A stretch of DNA of 61,101 nucleotides from Candidatus Krumholzibacteriia bacterium (GCA_046484865.1 JAWOID010000027.1:1-61101); one strand, 5' to 3'. Positions 26,293 to 37,262 are shown, counted from the first letter of the stretch. Numbers and translations: made by a program. Notes: generated by a model not told the origin, from the sequence alone.

Positions 26293-27511
26293 TCCGTTCC
26301 CGCAGCCGGTCGCGGTTGGCCTCGTAGAGATCCGCCCGCGCATCGCCGCGGCGGCCGGCGATCTCGGCGGCCGCCTCGTACTCGCGCAGGGCCTCCTCGA
26401 GACGTCCGGCGCGTTCGAGCGCCTCGCCGAGGCTGTCGCGCGGGTTGGCGCTGTCCGGGTGAACGGTCGCATTGTGCCGGAAGATCGCGATCGCGTCCTC
26501 CACGTCGCCACGACCGAGCGCGTGGTAACCCACCTGGTTCAGTTCCATCTCGGACGGCTCCACGGTGTAGCCGAAGCGTTCCGACAGGCCACGATGATGG
26601 GCGAGCACCTCCTCCAGTCCGGCGGCGAGGCGGCGAGTGTGTGGATCGCGCGGCAGGTTCCAGCCGTCGTACACCTGCTGCAGCCCCTCGAACAGCGCCG
26701 GTAGCACGACGGTGCCGTGGTTCTCGTGGGGCAGGTGCAGCGTGCTCGCCCGCAGCCCTGCCACCGATGCCGATGCCAGCATCTGGCGCAACCGCTCGAA
26801 GCGCGTGGGTCCGGGGTCGCCCGCCTCCTCGTCGGCCATGGCCACGAAGAGGGTTCTGGGACGGCTCTCGCCCCGGGCCAGGAACGCCGCCAGTCGGCGC
26901 AGGGGAAACTCGTCGTCCCAGCGCAGCGTGGGCGAGATGGCCATGCAAGCGCCGAAGAGGTCGGGCCGCGCGGTGAAGGCGTGCAGCGTGCAGAGGCCGC
27001 CGAACGAGTGCCCGACGAGGACGCGGTAGGGCAGGGTGCGGTACCCGGTCTCGATCCGCGGCACCAGTTCGTACTGGAGGAAGTCCAGGAACCGGTCGGC
27101 GCCGCCGCTGCTCGGCAGGTCGCGCGCGAGGCCGTCCACGCCAATGTGGACCTCGGGTCTGGTGGGCGTCAGGTCCCGGGTGCGATCGGTGTTGGCGATC
27201 CCCACGATGATCAGCTGCGGCATCAGCCCGTTGCGGGCCAGGAAGTCGACCGTGCCGCGGGCATGCACCAGGTGTTCGGTTCCATCCAGGAGATAGAGGA
27301 CCTGGAAGCGATCGTCGGTGCGGGCGTAACCGGGCGGCGGCGAGACGAGGATGGCGCGCTCCTCGCCGAGCGTCTCGGAGATCAGCGTGAACGTCTCGCC
27401 GATGGTGATCGGCGCGACCGCGGCCGCGGCGATCGCGAACGACGGTGGCGCAAGGATGAGCAGGAACAGGCCGGCGATCGGAAGCAGCAGACGCGACGTG
27501 CTGGCGGCCAT
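26270..27511 (-). CDS. Exported alpha/beta hydrolase (IroE-like esterase) with C-terminal TPR
   Basis: 'VLYLLDG', 'RTRDLTP', 'GHSFGG' nucleophile elbow, 'ENHG'; TPR tail 'NQVGY...DSLGEA'. Confidence 0.88.
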   Translation of the reverse strand: MAASTSRLLLPIAGLFLLILAPPSFAIAAAAVAPITIGETFTLISETLGEERAILVSPPPGYARTDDRFQVLYLLDGTEHLVHARGTVDFLARNGLMPQLIIVGIANTDRTRDLTPTRPEVHIGVDGLARDLPSSGGADRFLDFLQYELVPRIETGYRTLPYRVLVGHSFGGLCTLHAFTARPDLFGACMAISPTLRWDDEFPLRRLAAFLARGESRPRTLFVAMADEEAGDPGPTRFERLRQMLASASVAGLRASTLHLPHENHGTVVLPALFEGLQQVYDGWNLPRDPHTRRLAAGLEEVLAHHRGLSERFGYTVEPSEMELNQVGYHALGRGDVEDAIAIFRHNATVHPDSANPRDSLGEALERAGRLEEALREYEAAAEIAGRRGDARADLYEANRDRLRERITATTRP

Positions 27512-27711
27512 GAAGACCTCGATCGGTGGGCGGTGGGGCATCAGGGCCGTGCCGGGCGGCGCCGCCGGCGGCGGCGGCGGATACCCTTCCGGCTACGTGG
27601 CGTCCCGGCCAAGGTTGCGGTCGGGTGGACGCCTTTTCAAGATGCCATCGAGTGACGATCCTTGGTGCGGACCCGCTCCGCGCTCGATTCACCCGCACCG
27701 GGAGAGCGACG

Positions 27712-28440
27712 ATGGAATTCCGCAACGCCTACGAGGACAGCCGCCGTGCAGCGGCTTACGACGAGCTCGATCTCGGACGCACCTACCTGCTGGCCTTCCG
27801 CGACCTGCCGCAGCTATTCCGAAAGCACGTCACCGGCCTGCGCGCCCTCGATTTCGGTTGCGGCACCGGCCGCTCCACGCGGTTCCTGCAGTCGCTGGGA
27901 TTCGACACGGTGGGCGTGGACATCTCGCTGGAGATGGTGACGGTGGCGCGCGAACGCGATCCCGAGGGTGACTATCGCGTCCTGGCCGGCGGCGGCCTGA
28001 CGGCGTTGCCGGCCGGAGGCTTCGATCTCGTCCAGTCGGCGTTCACGTTCGACAACATCCCGGGGCACGACCGCAAGGTGCAGCTCTTCGCCGGTCTACG
28101 GCGACTGCTCGCCCCCGGCGGCCGGCTGGTCAACATCGTCTCCACCCCGGAGATCTACACCCACGAGTGGGCGACGTTCTCCACCCGCGAATACCCCGAG
28201 AACCTGACAGCCGGCCCCGGCGACGTCGTACGCATCGTGACCACCGACTACTCGGACGCCCGACCGGTCGAGGATATCCTCTGGCCGGACGCCAGCTACC
28301 AGTCCGTGTACCGGCAGGCGGGCCTCGAGCAGGTGCAGGTCGAGCGTCCGCTCGCGACGGGTGAAGAGGGGATCGACTGGCGGAGCGAGACGAGTGTCGC
28401 GCCGTGGGCGATCTACGTGCTCCGATCCCGCCTGGACTGA
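27712..28440 (+). CDS. Class I SAM-dependent methyltransferase
   Basis: 'ALDFGCGTG', 'GVDIS..M', 'FDLV', 'LAPGG'. Confidence 0.9.
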   Translation: MEFRNAYEDSRRAAAYDELDLGRTYLLAFRDLPQLFRKHVTGLRALDFGCGTGRSTRFLQSLGFDTVGVDISLEMVTVARERDPEGDYRVLAGGGLTALPAGGFDLVQSAFTFDNIPGHDRKVQLFAGLRRLLAPGGRLVNIVSTPEIYTHEWATFSTREYPENLTAGPGDVVRIVTTDYSDARPVEDILWPDASYQSVYRQAGLEQVQVERPLATGEEGIDWRSETSVAPWAIYVLRSRLD

Positions 28441-28499
28441 GCCGGAAACCACGCCGGACCGTCCCTGAGCCGCGGCGGCGGCGGCCACGGATGCCCCCG

Positions 28500-31112
28500 T
28501 CAATCGGCGGGTGCCCGGACGGAGTCCGCCGGGGTTCCCGACCGCCCGCCGAGCGTGGCGCGCAGACCGACGAGCGCCGAGTTGCCGGGATCGAGACCGA
28601 TCGCCACGTCCAGCGCCCGTCGCGCCGGCTCGTTCCAGCCCTGGTCCAGGCAGATCGTCGCGACCATGGTCCACACCCTGGCATCGGGCACCGGTTCCGG
28701 GTCGACGTCGAGCCGGTCGAGCAGGCGACGCGCCCGCGCGGTATCGCCGAGCTGACGGTCTGCCTCGAGCACCAGGCGCAGATCGTCCGGAAGCAGGTCC
28801 CGGACGCTCTCCCGCAGCAGCAGCCGGCGCGCCTCGCGGGGACTGCCGGTGCGCAGGTAGGCCCAGGCCAGGTTGCGCCGGCTCCGGGCCGATCGCTGCT
28901 GCGCGTGGGCCGCTTCCAGCTCCGTCACGAGCCGTTCCGGATCACTGCCGAGCAAGTTCAGCCGCTCGCCTTCCCGGTCGGCGCCGGGGTGGCCGCGGCC
29001 GCCGCTGCGACCGCCGCCGGGTCCGCTCAGCTCATCGGCCAGGCTCACCGCTCGCACCGGCCGGCGTTCCGCCGGGCCGAGGCTCTGGCCGGTCGTGCGC
29101 ACCTCGATCGGCGCGGCCTTCAGATCCACCCGCGTCACCCCGTGCTTCGCGACGATGTTCATCAGCTGGGCGACGTCGGGGTCGTCGGGCGCCAGCGCCG
29201 CAGCTCTGGCCAGATCGCGGCGGGCCGGGTCCGACTCGCCCCGGCTGAGGTGGAGCAAGGCGCGATTGTACCAGCCGTAGTGCGAGGCGCCGTCCAGCTC
29301 CACCGCGCGGTCGAAGATCGACAGCGCCGAATCGGCGCGGCCGCTGAAGATCTGGGCCAGGCCGAGGCTGCGCCAGCCGAAGGCGTCCTGCGGCAGCAGG
29401 TCGACGCTGCGCTGCAGCCAGGGCACGCTTCCCTGGTAATCACCCCGGTTGAACCTGATCAGGCCGATCAGCAGGGCCGAGCGTGGATCCTCCTGCCCCT
29501 GGCCCCGCAACTCGCCGTAGGCCGTCTCCAGGTCGGCGAGAGCGGAGTCCCACCTGGCCTCGAAGTACCGCAGCCGTCCCCGCAGGGCGAGCGCGCTGGC
29601 GCCATGGCGATCGCGCCGCCGGCAGGCGGTGAGGGCATCCTCGGCGGCGGCGGCCAGCAGTCGCCGTCGCGCCGGGTCCCGCTCCACCTCGTAGCCGACG
29701 GCGGTATTGGCGGCATACGAGTAGAGATCGCCCGCCACGTAGAAGTGCTCGTGGCTCAGGAAGTAGATGTCCCCCGACCCTGGACGTCCCGCCACTTGCG
29801 ACGACCCCCGCGCGCCCACCACCGGGTACCAGATGAAGTACGGGCTGTAGACGGCTGCCATCGCGAAGCACAGGCTGGCGTCCTCGCGCCGGCCGCAAGC
29901 GCCGTGGATGTCGCCGATGTCGTTCCAGAAGCGGCGCGCCCAGCCCGGCGGCAACTCGATCATCGGATCGGGATCGCCCAGCAGGCGCAGGCTGGTCCGG
30001 CAGTCGCCCAGCGTCAGGTGCGCGCGCGCCAGGATCCAGTCGCCGATGAGCGCAGACTCCCGCTTCCCCCAGCCGCGCTTGTCGAGAGTGACGGTGGTGT
30101 CCAGGGGACGGATCAGGCGCCACGACTCACGGTGCCGCACCCACAGCGGCACGCGGCCGATCGAGCCGGCGATCCGGTGGGCCTGGGTGAGGTCGCCGGC
30201 GTCGGCGGCCATGAGCCCCTGCAGCAGCCGTGCCTCCCGCGTGGTCCAGGCGGTGCGTCCGCGGCCCGCCGCCAGCAGACTGTCGGCGCGTGCCAGCGCG
30301 TCGCGGGCGGCAGTCCGGTCGCCGGCCTCTCGCTCGAGCCAGGCCCGGTCCAGATGCAAGCGCACCCCGAGCGAACCACGGGGATCGTCCGGGTCGCCGC
30401 TGGACCGATTCGGATCCCAGAACCGGAAGTTCGGGCGGTCCCCGTCCGGGTGCTCGCCGAAACCGCCCGTGAAGGCAAGGGCGGCGAGGGCGCCGTCGAT
30501 GGCCCGCAGGGCACGGCGCCGGTCGCCCACCGCCTGCGTCAGGAAGGCCAGGTCGTACCAGGCGGCGGGGTCGGACGGGTCCAGCCCGCATGCGGCGTTC
30601 AACGCGCCGATGGCGCGGGTCACCGCTTCGCCCGCCCCCGCTGGCGGCGGATACATCGGTCCGACCGGCAGCCAGAGCCCCTGCCGGTTGGCGTCCCAGA
30701 TCCGGTCGACGAGGCTGGCCAGCCGCAGCGCCCGGTCGCGGTGCTTGCGAGCGAGCCGTCGTCGCTCCGTCCGCTCGGTGGCGTCGAGGTCCAGGAACCC
30801 GGCCAGGCCCACCGAGTCGCGCTCCGCCCGCCAGCGCGTGGCCTCCAGGTATTCGCCGAGGGGATCAGCCGGCTGGAAATCCTTGAAGAGATAGACGCTC
30901 ACGAGTTGCGGCCGATCGATCCGCCAGTCGCGATGCGCCCAGTCCTGCCAGGTGAGGCCGGGAGCCGCGAACGTGGTCGCGTCGCCGCCGCCACCGCCGG
31001 CCGGCCCCGGCGAATGCGGCGCGCCGGAGCAACCGCCCCCGATCGCGACCATCATCAGCAGGAGGACGCCTGCCCGGAAGCCGGGGTACGCCGGTTGGCG
31101 CGGGGTCGTCAT
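28500..31112 (-). CDS. Large TPR-containing lipoprotein
   Basis: Lipobox-like 'AIGGGC'; TPR units (DPSDPAAWYDLA, AFGWRSLGLA, GWYNRALL). Confidence 0.75.
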   Translation of the reverse strand: MTTPRQPAYPGFRAGVLLLMMVAIGGGCSGAPHSPGPAGGGGGDATTFAAPGLTWQDWAHRDWRIDRPQLVSVYLFKDFQPADPLGEYLEATRWRAERDSVGLAGFLDLDATERTERRRLARKHRDRALRLASLVDRIWDANRQGLWLPVGPMYPPPAGAGEAVTRAIGALNAACGLDPSDPAAWYDLAFLTQAVGDRRRALRAIDGALAALAFTGGFGEHPDGDRPNFRFWDPNRSSGDPDDPRGSLGVRLHLDRAWLEREAGDRTAARDALARADSLLAAGRGRTAWTTREARLLQGLMAADAGDLTQAHRIAGSIGRVPLWVRHRESWRLIRPLDTTVTLDKRGWGKRESALIGDWILARAHLTLGDCRTSLRLLGDPDPMIELPPGWARRFWNDIGDIHGACGRREDASLCFAMAAVYSPYFIWYPVVGARGSSQVAGRPGSGDIYFLSHEHFYVAGDLYSYAANTAVGYEVERDPARRRLLAAAAEDALTACRRRDRHGASALALRGRLRYFEARWDSALADLETAYGELRGQGQEDPRSALLIGLIRFNRGDYQGSVPWLQRSVDLLPQDAFGWRSLGLAQIFSGRADSALSIFDRAVELDGASHYGWYNRALLHLSRGESDPARRDLARAAALAPDDPDVAQLMNIVAKHGVTRVDLKAAPIEVRTTGQSLGPAERRPVRAVSLADELSGPGGGRSGGRGHPGADREGERLNLLGSDPERLVTELEAAHAQQRSARSRRNLAWAYLRTGSPREARRLLLRESVRDLLPDDLRLVLEADRQLGDTARARRLLDRLDVDPEPVPDARVWTMVATICLDQGWNEPARRALDVAIGLDPGNSALVGLRATLGGRSGTPADSVRAPAD

Positions 31113-31239
31113 CGGAACGGTCCTCTGGACCTCGAAGCGAGTCCATCGTCGTGGGGCGATGTCAGTGTAGCGGTCTCGCGGGCGACATGTCCAGGCAGGA
31201 GGCGCCAAGCGCCGCGTCGCTCCTCAGCGGACGACCGTC

Positions 31240-32076
31240 TCAGAGTGGCGTCCCGCAGTCCTTGCAGTAGCGAGCGCCGGGCTGGTGGCCCTCGCTGCTG
31301 CACTGCGGACAGGCCTGCGTGCTGACCCCGACAGTGAGGCGTCCGGCGCGGTCGATCTCCGCGACGACGATACCGGTGGGCACGGCGATGATCGCGAACC
31401 CCAGCAGCATCACCACGGCGGCTACCGCCTGGCCGATCGCCGTCCGGGGCGAGATGTCGCCGTAGCCGACCGTGGTCATCGTCACGATGCTCCAGTAGAT
31501 GCTGCGCGGGATGCTGGTGAAACCGTGCTGCTCGCCTTCGATCAGGTACATCACCGAGCCGAAGATCACGACCAGCGTGATGACCACCGAGAAGAACACC
31601 GCGATCTTGCGGAGACTGGCGCGCAGGGCCCGCAGCAGCGTGTTCGCCTCCTCGAGGTATTGCGCCAGCTTCAGGACGCGGAAGATGCGCAGGACCCGCA
31701 GCATGCGGATCACCAGCAGGTACTGCGCCCCGGGAACGACGAGGCTGAGATAGGTGGGGAGGATCGCCAGGAGGTCGATGACGCCGAAGAAGCTGGTCGC
31801 GTAGCGCCTGGGCCGCCCGACGCTGCCCAGCCGCAGCAGGTATTCCACGGTGAACAGGAGGGTGAAGCCCCACTCGGCTGCGATCAGCAGGCGACCGTAC
31901 TCGGCCCGGACCGACCGCACGCTGTCCAGCATCACCACGAGCACGCTCAGCAGGATGCTCCAGATCAGCACCAGATCGAAGAGCCGGCCGGCCGGCGTGT
32001 CCGCCTCGAAGATCACCTCGTGCAGGCGAGCGCGGATGCCGGCGGACGGCTTCTGCCCGGGTCGCTGTGATGCCAT
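31240..32076 (-). CDS. Voltage-gated potassium channel-like ion transporter
   Basis: S4 'RMLRVLRIFRVLK'; selectivity filter 'TTVGYGD'; C-terminal CxxC...CxxC. Confidence 0.92.
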   Translation of the reverse strand: MASQRPGQKPSAGIRARLHEVIFEADTPAGRLFDLVLIWSILLSVLVVMLDSVRSVRAEYGRLLIAAEWGFTLLFTVEYLLRLGSVGRPRRYATSFFGVIDLLAILPTYLSLVVPGAQYLLVIRMLRVLRIFRVLKLAQYLEEANTLLRALRASLRKIAVFFSVVITLVVIFGSVMYLIEGEQHGFTSIPRSIYWSIVTMTTVGYGDISPRTAIGQAVAAVVMLLGFAIIAVPTGIVVAEIDRAGRLTVGVSTQACPQCSSEGHQPGARYCKDCGTPL

Positions 32077-32142
32077 GCCGAGAATCTACGCCGGCGGCCG
32101 CGGCCTGTCGACCGGCGGCCTTCGTTCTGTCAATCGAGGGCC

Positions 32143-34245
32143 CTACTTGACGAGCATCAGCTTGACCGATTCTCCGGCGGCGCCCGTCGTCATGCGCGCC
32201 AGGTACGTGCCCGAGCCCAGCCGCTGGCCGCGGTCGTCCCGTCCGTCCCACGAGCGGGTATGCGGGCCCGCCGCCAGCGTCTCGCCGGCAACCAGGGTCG
32301 CCACCCGGCGTCCGTCCAGGGCGTGGATGGCGAGCGTCACGGCTCCCGGCCGGGTCAGCTCGAACGAGATGACCGTGCGCGGATTGAAAGGGTTGGGCGC
32401 TGCGCGGAGCGCCAGGCCCGACGCCTGCGGCAGGTCGCCGACCGCGGTCGGCGCCGAGGTCGCCTCGAGGCCCGTGATGACCAGCGAGAAGTCCTGCGTG
32501 GCCTGCAGCGAACCCTCGTGGGAGACGATCACCAGATAAGTACCCGTCTCGGCCGGATCGATCAGCACCTGCTCCACGTTGTCGCGGTCATTGTCGCCCG
32601 TGGTCGCCGGGGCCGCCGGCTGGGCCGGATCCAGCACCCAGGGCATGAACTCCTGGCCGTCGCTCGCGCGCACCACGCGCAGATCCAGATCGTGCACGAG
32701 CCGCAGGGTCGGCGAGTCGAGGACATACTCGCTGGTCGGACCCGCCGGATCGGTCCAGCAGATCGTCGCGCGCACGGTCCCGGAGCCGTCGTGGACGAAG
32801 CGCAGCGTGTCGGCCTGCCCGGGCGCCAGCTTGCGCTCCTGGATGCGGGACGTGTCGCTCGCGCTGGCGGAGATCACGTTTGCCGCGCTGGTGGCGTTCA
32901 GCAGTCCCCAGCCGAAGGAGTAATCGGGGCCCGGCGATGCTCCCGCCTCGTCCGCGGTGTGCAGCACGAGCGCCTTGAGTGTCGCCGCCAGGGGCGTTCG
33001 TCCTGCCTGCGTGGCCCGGTAGTGCTGCACCAGGAGGTTGAGCGTACCAGTCACGCTCGGGGTCGCCATCGAGGTGCCGCTGAGGCTCGCGTAGTCGTCG
33101 TCGGCGCCGTCGAGCGCGCTGTAGAGTCCGATGCCGTTGGCGACGAGATCGGGCTTGATGCGGCCGTCGTCGGTGGGCCCCCAGCTGCTGAAGCTGCTCA
33201 TGACGACGTCCGTCACGGCGGCATAGCCGGCGGGGATGTCCGCGACGGCCCCCACGGTCAGGATGTTCTTGGCGTTGCCGCGGTAGCCGATCGTATCGTA
33301 GCCGCCGTCGGCGCCGTCGGCCTGCCGGGTCACGGTGGACCACTGCCAGCCGGTGCGGCGGTTGTAGACGTAGTGACCGCCGCCGGGCTCCGGCCCGGTG
33401 GTGCTGCGGTCGTTGCCCGCGGCCTTGACGATCAGGTAGTCGGGCGCGGCGACCGCGATCTGGTCCCAGGCGCGGGCGTTCGTGCCGTAGAAGCCGAACC
33501 CCACGTCCTCGACCTCCGAGACGCCGGTATCGCCGTACCAGTACCAGACGCTCTCCTGCGGATTCCAGTTCCAGCCGCAGACATACCCGTAGCTATGGTT
33601 CGAGAGCAGCAGCCCCGCGGTGGCGGCGCCGGCCATCTCCTCGTCGTCGTACTCCCAGTCGTAGGAGGTCGCCTGGCCCGCCGGCGACATGCCGCGGGCC
33701 TCCGGGTGCACTCCGCTCCCGATGATCGTGCCGGCGACGTGCGTGGCATGGAAGTTGTCAGCCGCGCCGGCGTTTCCCACGTGGAGCCGCCCCTCGAACT
33801 CCTGGTGCGTGGGCCGCGCGCGACCGGCATCCCAGATGCCCAGTTCCCCCACCTCGTTCTCGCCGCCGAGGAGCAGGCCGAGGACGCCGTCCGGCCACAA
33901 CCGGTCGGCCGACACCGTGCGGGCGGCCGTGACGTTGCTGGTCTGGAGATAGAGAGGTCGGCCCTCGTCGGTGACGCCCACCGGCTGCAGCGTCCGAGGA
34001 ACGCCGGCCAGGTGGGGGCTCGAGGGGGCATTGCGATCGGTCAGCAACCGGCGAAACTCGGCTCCGCGCCATCGCTGCCAGCGCTCCCGCGAGTCGGTGC
34101 GGATCCGGTCGAGCGCCGGACGGTCGACGCGGTCGTCACGTCGGGCCGGACGGGCGGCCGCCGCGGCATCGGCGATATCCGGAGCGGCGACGAGGATGGC
34201 GAGTGCGACTGCGGGGAAGACACGGGATACCATCGATCGAGACAT
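32143..34245 (-). CDS. S8 subtilisin-like protease with C-terminal FlgD-Ig domain
   Basis: Catalytic triad motifs 'GIWDAG', 'HATHVAGT', 'SGTSMATP'; C-terminal 'PNPFNPRTVISF...WDGRDDRG...SGTYLARM...KLMLVK'. Confidence 0.92.
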   Translation of the reverse strand: MSRSMVSRVFPAVALAILVAAPDIADAAAAARPARRDDRVDRPALDRIRTDSRERWQRWRGAEFRRLLTDRNAPSSPHLAGVPRTLQPVGVTDEGRPLYLQTSNVTAARTVSADRLWPDGVLGLLLGGENEVGELGIWDAGRARPTHQEFEGRLHVGNAGAADNFHATHVAGTIIGSGVHPEARGMSPAGQATSYDWEYDDEEMAGAATAGLLLSNHSYGYVCGWNWNPQESVWYWYGDTGVSEVEDVGFGFYGTNARAWDQIAVAAPDYLIVKAAGNDRSTTGPEPGGGHYVYNRRTGWQWSTVTRQADGADGGYDTIGYRGNAKNILTVGAVADIPAGYAAVTDVVMSSFSSWGPTDDGRIKPDLVANGIGLYSALDGADDDYASLSGTSMATPSVTGTLNLLVQHYRATQAGRTPLAATLKALVLHTADEAGASPGPDYSFGWGLLNATSAANVISASASDTSRIQERKLAPGQADTLRFVHDGSGTVRATICWTDPAGPTSEYVLDSPTLRLVHDLDLRVVRASDGQEFMPWVLDPAQPAAPATTGDNDRDNVEQVLIDPAETGTYLVIVSHEGSLQATQDFSLVITGLEATSAPTAVGDLPQASGLALRAAPNPFNPRTVISFELTRPGAVTLAIHALDGRRVATLVAGETLAAGPHTRSWDGRDDRGQRLGSGTYLARMTTGAAGESVKLMLVK

Positions 34246-34551
34246 GCGATCCTCCCGGACCGGCGGAGTGGCACAGTTCGTCGACCTCTCGTCGACTTCG
34301 GCACGCGGGAGCGAGAACAGAGATGTCTGGTCGCAAACCACCAGCCCCCTGCGAAGTTCCTTTTTCAGGGCCGGGATAGTCCGGTTTCCGGCAGGCGCCA
34401 TCGGTCCCGCGGCGTCCACGGGCGCTCCAGTCTGTTGACTGGAATGCCGATACAGTTCTAACGTGGCTCGTCACCGCTCTCTGGGGTCGTGAGCCCCACC
34501 GGCAGGCGAACCGAGCCAACCATGACCAGGAACGATCGCCGGGAGGTGGAC

Positions 34552-35661
34552 ATGCGCTTCGGCGTGGCACTGCGGACCGTGAACGACCGGGGCGGAATCG
34601 GCGTCTACACCCGCTACATCGTCGAGGAACTGCTCGCCGCCGACGGCGACGATCACTACGTACTTTTCTATCGCAGCTCCAATGATCTGGGCCGCTTCGC
34701 TCACCATCCGAACGTCACCGAGCGGGTGGTCAAGGCGCCGAACCGGGCCGTCTGGGACCAGGTCGCCGTCCCCTGGGCGTGCTGTCGAGAGAAGGTCGAT
34801 CTGCTGTTCCACCCGAAGTTCACGGTGCCCCTGCTGGCCCGCTGCAAGACCGCCATGGTCCTGCACGGCGCCGATCAGTTCATCCCGCAGTTCGCGCAGT
34901 ACTACCACGGCATCGACGTGCTGTATCACCGCACGATGATGCCCCTCTACTGTCGCAAGGCGACGACGATCCTCTCGGTGTCCGAGCTGACCACGATGCA
35001 CTTCAACCGCATCTTCGGACTGCCGCCGGGCAAGGTGAAAACCGTGTATCTCAGCCCGGCTCGCCACTTCGCACGGGTGGAGGATCCCCAGGTGCTGGAG
35101 GCGGTGCGACAGAAGTACCGTCTGCCCGAGCGCTTCATCCTCACGCTCTCCGGCCACGACCGCGGCCGGCGCAAGAACATCGACACCCTGCTCGAAGCCT
35201 ACCGGCTGTTCCACGGCCGGACGCCGCACCGGCTGGTCGTCGGCGGCCAGAACTGCCACCGCTTCAAGGCCGAGTACGACGTGCCGGACGACGGGTGGGG
35301 CGGGGACGTCCTGTTTCCCGGCTGGATCGAGCAGAGCGATCTGCCGGCCGTCTACACGCTGGCCGATCTGTACCTCTACCCCTCGAACGTCGAGGCCTTC
35401 CCCATCCCGCTCACCGAGGCGATGGCCTGCGGCACGCCCATCGTCACCTCGAACGCCAACGGCCTGGCGGAGATCGCGGGCGACGCCGCCGTGCTGGTGG
35501 ATCCGGAGAATCCGGCGGAGATCGCCGCAGCCATCCGGCAGGTGATCGAGGACCCGGATCTGCAGCGCCGCCTCTCCGCCCGCGGGCTGATCCGCTCCCG
35601 GAACTTCTCCTGGGACGTCACCGCCCGCGAGACCCTGGCAGCCCTGCATCGGGTCGGGTAG
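34552..35661 (+). CDS. Glycosyltransferase family 4
   Basis: GGAGGT RBS; 'GGIGVY', 'RKNI', 'YPSNVEAFPIPLTEAMACGTP'. Confidence 0.9.
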   Translation: MRFGVALRTVNDRGGIGVYTRYIVEELLAADGDDHYVLFYRSSNDLGRFAHHPNVTERVVKAPNRAVWDQVAVPWACCREKVDLLFHPKFTVPLLARCKTAMVLHGADQFIPQFAQYYHGIDVLYHRTMMPLYCRKATTILSVSELTTMHFNRIFGLPPGKVKTVYLSPARHFARVEDPQVLEAVRQKYRLPERFILTLSGHDRGRRKNIDTLLEAYRLFHGRTPHRLVVGGQNCHRFKAEYDVPDDGWGGDVLFPGWIEQSDLPAVYTLADLYLYPSNVEAFPIPLTEAMACGTPIVTSNANGLAEIAGDAAVLVDPENPAEIAAAIRQVIEDPDLQRRLSARGLIRSRNFSWDVTARETLAALHRVG

Positions 35662-35780
35662 ACTGACCCCGCGCCGATGATCGTTGCGACGCATCGGATC
35701 CGATCGCCCTCCGGCCGCCGACCATCGACCGGCCGGCCGCTCGCGTCGGGGTCGGCCGCGCCGGCCCCCGGGAGGCACGC

Positions 35781-37259
35781 TTGAACGCGCCGCTGGCTCC
35801 ACAGATCGGATCGGCGATGTTCTGGAGGGCCTTGCAGCTGGGGGGCGCCCGCGGCATCCTGCTGGTGCGGACCCTGATCCTCGCCCGACTGCTCGTGCCC
35901 GGCGATTTCGGTCTGCTGGCGATCGCGGTCGTGGCGGTCGATTTCCTGATCGCCATCACCGACCTCGGCATGGTGCCGGCTCTCGTCCAGCGACCTGGCG
36001 CGGACAGGCGCCACTACGACGCCGCCTGGACGGTGGGAGTCCTCCGTGCGCTGTTGATCGCCGCCGTGGTGTTCGCTGCCGCTCCCGGCATCGCGGCGCT
36101 GTTCGCCGAACCGCGCGCCGCGGATCTGATCCGGGTACTGGCGCTGCGTCCGCTGATCGAGAGCGCCGCCAGCATCCGCATCGCCGAGCTGACCCGCGGG
36201 CTGCGCTTCCGCGCGATCGCGTTCATCCGGCTGCCCGACGCGGTCGTGAACACGGCGGTCGCGATCGCCCTGGCGAACACGTTCGGGGTGTGGGCGCTGG
36301 TGATCGGCACGCTGGCGGGACAGGTCGCCTTCCTGGCGATGTCCTACATTTTGGCGCCGTACCGGCCCCGGCTGTCGTTCGACCGCGCCGCGGCCGGCTC
36401 GCTGATCCGCTTCGGCCGCTGGATCTTCCTGACCGGGCTGATCGCCATCGCCGGCAGCTCCGTCCTGCAAATCGTCATCTCGCGCCGGCTGGGCGCGGTC
36501 GAGCTCGGTCTGTACTTCCTGGCCGCCCGGCTGGCCCATCTCCCGCTGGAGGTCTCGACCGAGGTGGTGGGCGCGGTGGCCTTTCCGCTGTACGCCAGCC
36601 TGCAGGAGGACCTGCGCCAGGCCGAGCGGGCGTTCCGCTCGCTGCTCGCCGGCATGGCCGCTTTGCTGGTGCCCGTGTGCGCGGTGCTGATCGCCCTGGC
36701 GCCCTCGCTGGTGGAGAACGTGCTCGGCGATCGCTGGCTGGGCACGGCGCCACTGATCCGGCTACTGGCGCTGACGACCGTGATCGGCCTTTTGGGGGAG
36801 TCCGTCGTGCCGATCTTCAAGGGTCTGGGGCAGCCGGCGCGGATCATGGTGCTGGAGATCATCCAGTCCACCGTCCTCGTGACCCTCGCCTGGTTCATGG
36901 CCGGCGCCCACGGAATCACCGGTGCCGTCCTGGCCTGGGTCCCCGCCGCGGGGCTGGCCCAGATCATGAGCGTGGTCTATATCCGCCGCACGTTCCCCCG
37001 GCCGTTCGCGGGTCTGGGCGGCCCCCTAGGGTCGATCGTGCTGGTCTCGCTGGGCGGAGCGGCCGTGGCGCTCGCCGTCGACACCCGGTTGCCGGGCCTC
37101 GGCGGCTTCCTGGTCGCCGGCGTCGCGGCCGCGACCGTGATGGCGGCGGCGCTGTGGTATCTCGACCGTCGCTTCCGGTTCGGCCTCGCCGCCGACCTGG
37201 TGCGCGCATTCCCGCAGCTCGCCGGACTGGCGCGCTGGACGTCGCCCCGGCCGAGGTAG
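35781..37259 (+). CDS. WzxC-like polysaccharide flippase
   Basis: 'ILARLLVPGDFGL', 'DLGM..ALVQR', 'LGLYFLA'; many transmembrane helices. Confidence 0.88.
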   Translation: MNAPLAPQIGSAMFWRALQLGGARGILLVRTLILARLLVPGDFGLLAIAVVAVDFLIAITDLGMVPALVQRPGADRRHYDAAWTVGVLRALLIAAVVFAAAPGIAALFAEPRAADLIRVLALRPLIESAASIRIAELTRGLRFRAIAFIRLPDAVVNTAVAIALANTFGVWALVIGTLAGQVAFLAMSYILAPYRPRLSFDRAAAGSLIRFGRWIFLTGLIAIAGSSVLQIVISRRLGAVELGLYFLAARLAHLPLEVSTEVVGAVAFPLYASLQEDLRQAERAFRSLLAGMAALLVPVCAVLIALAPSLVENVLGDRWLGTAPLIRLLALTTVIGLLGESVVPIFKGLGQPARIMVLEIIQSTVLVTLAWFMAGAHGITGAVLAWVPAAGLAQIMSVVYIRRTFPRPFAGLGGPLGSIVLVSLGGAAVALAVDTRLPGLGGFLVAGVAAATVMAAALWYLDRRFRFGLAADLVRAFPQLAGLARWTSPRPR

Positions 37260-37262
37260 TCT

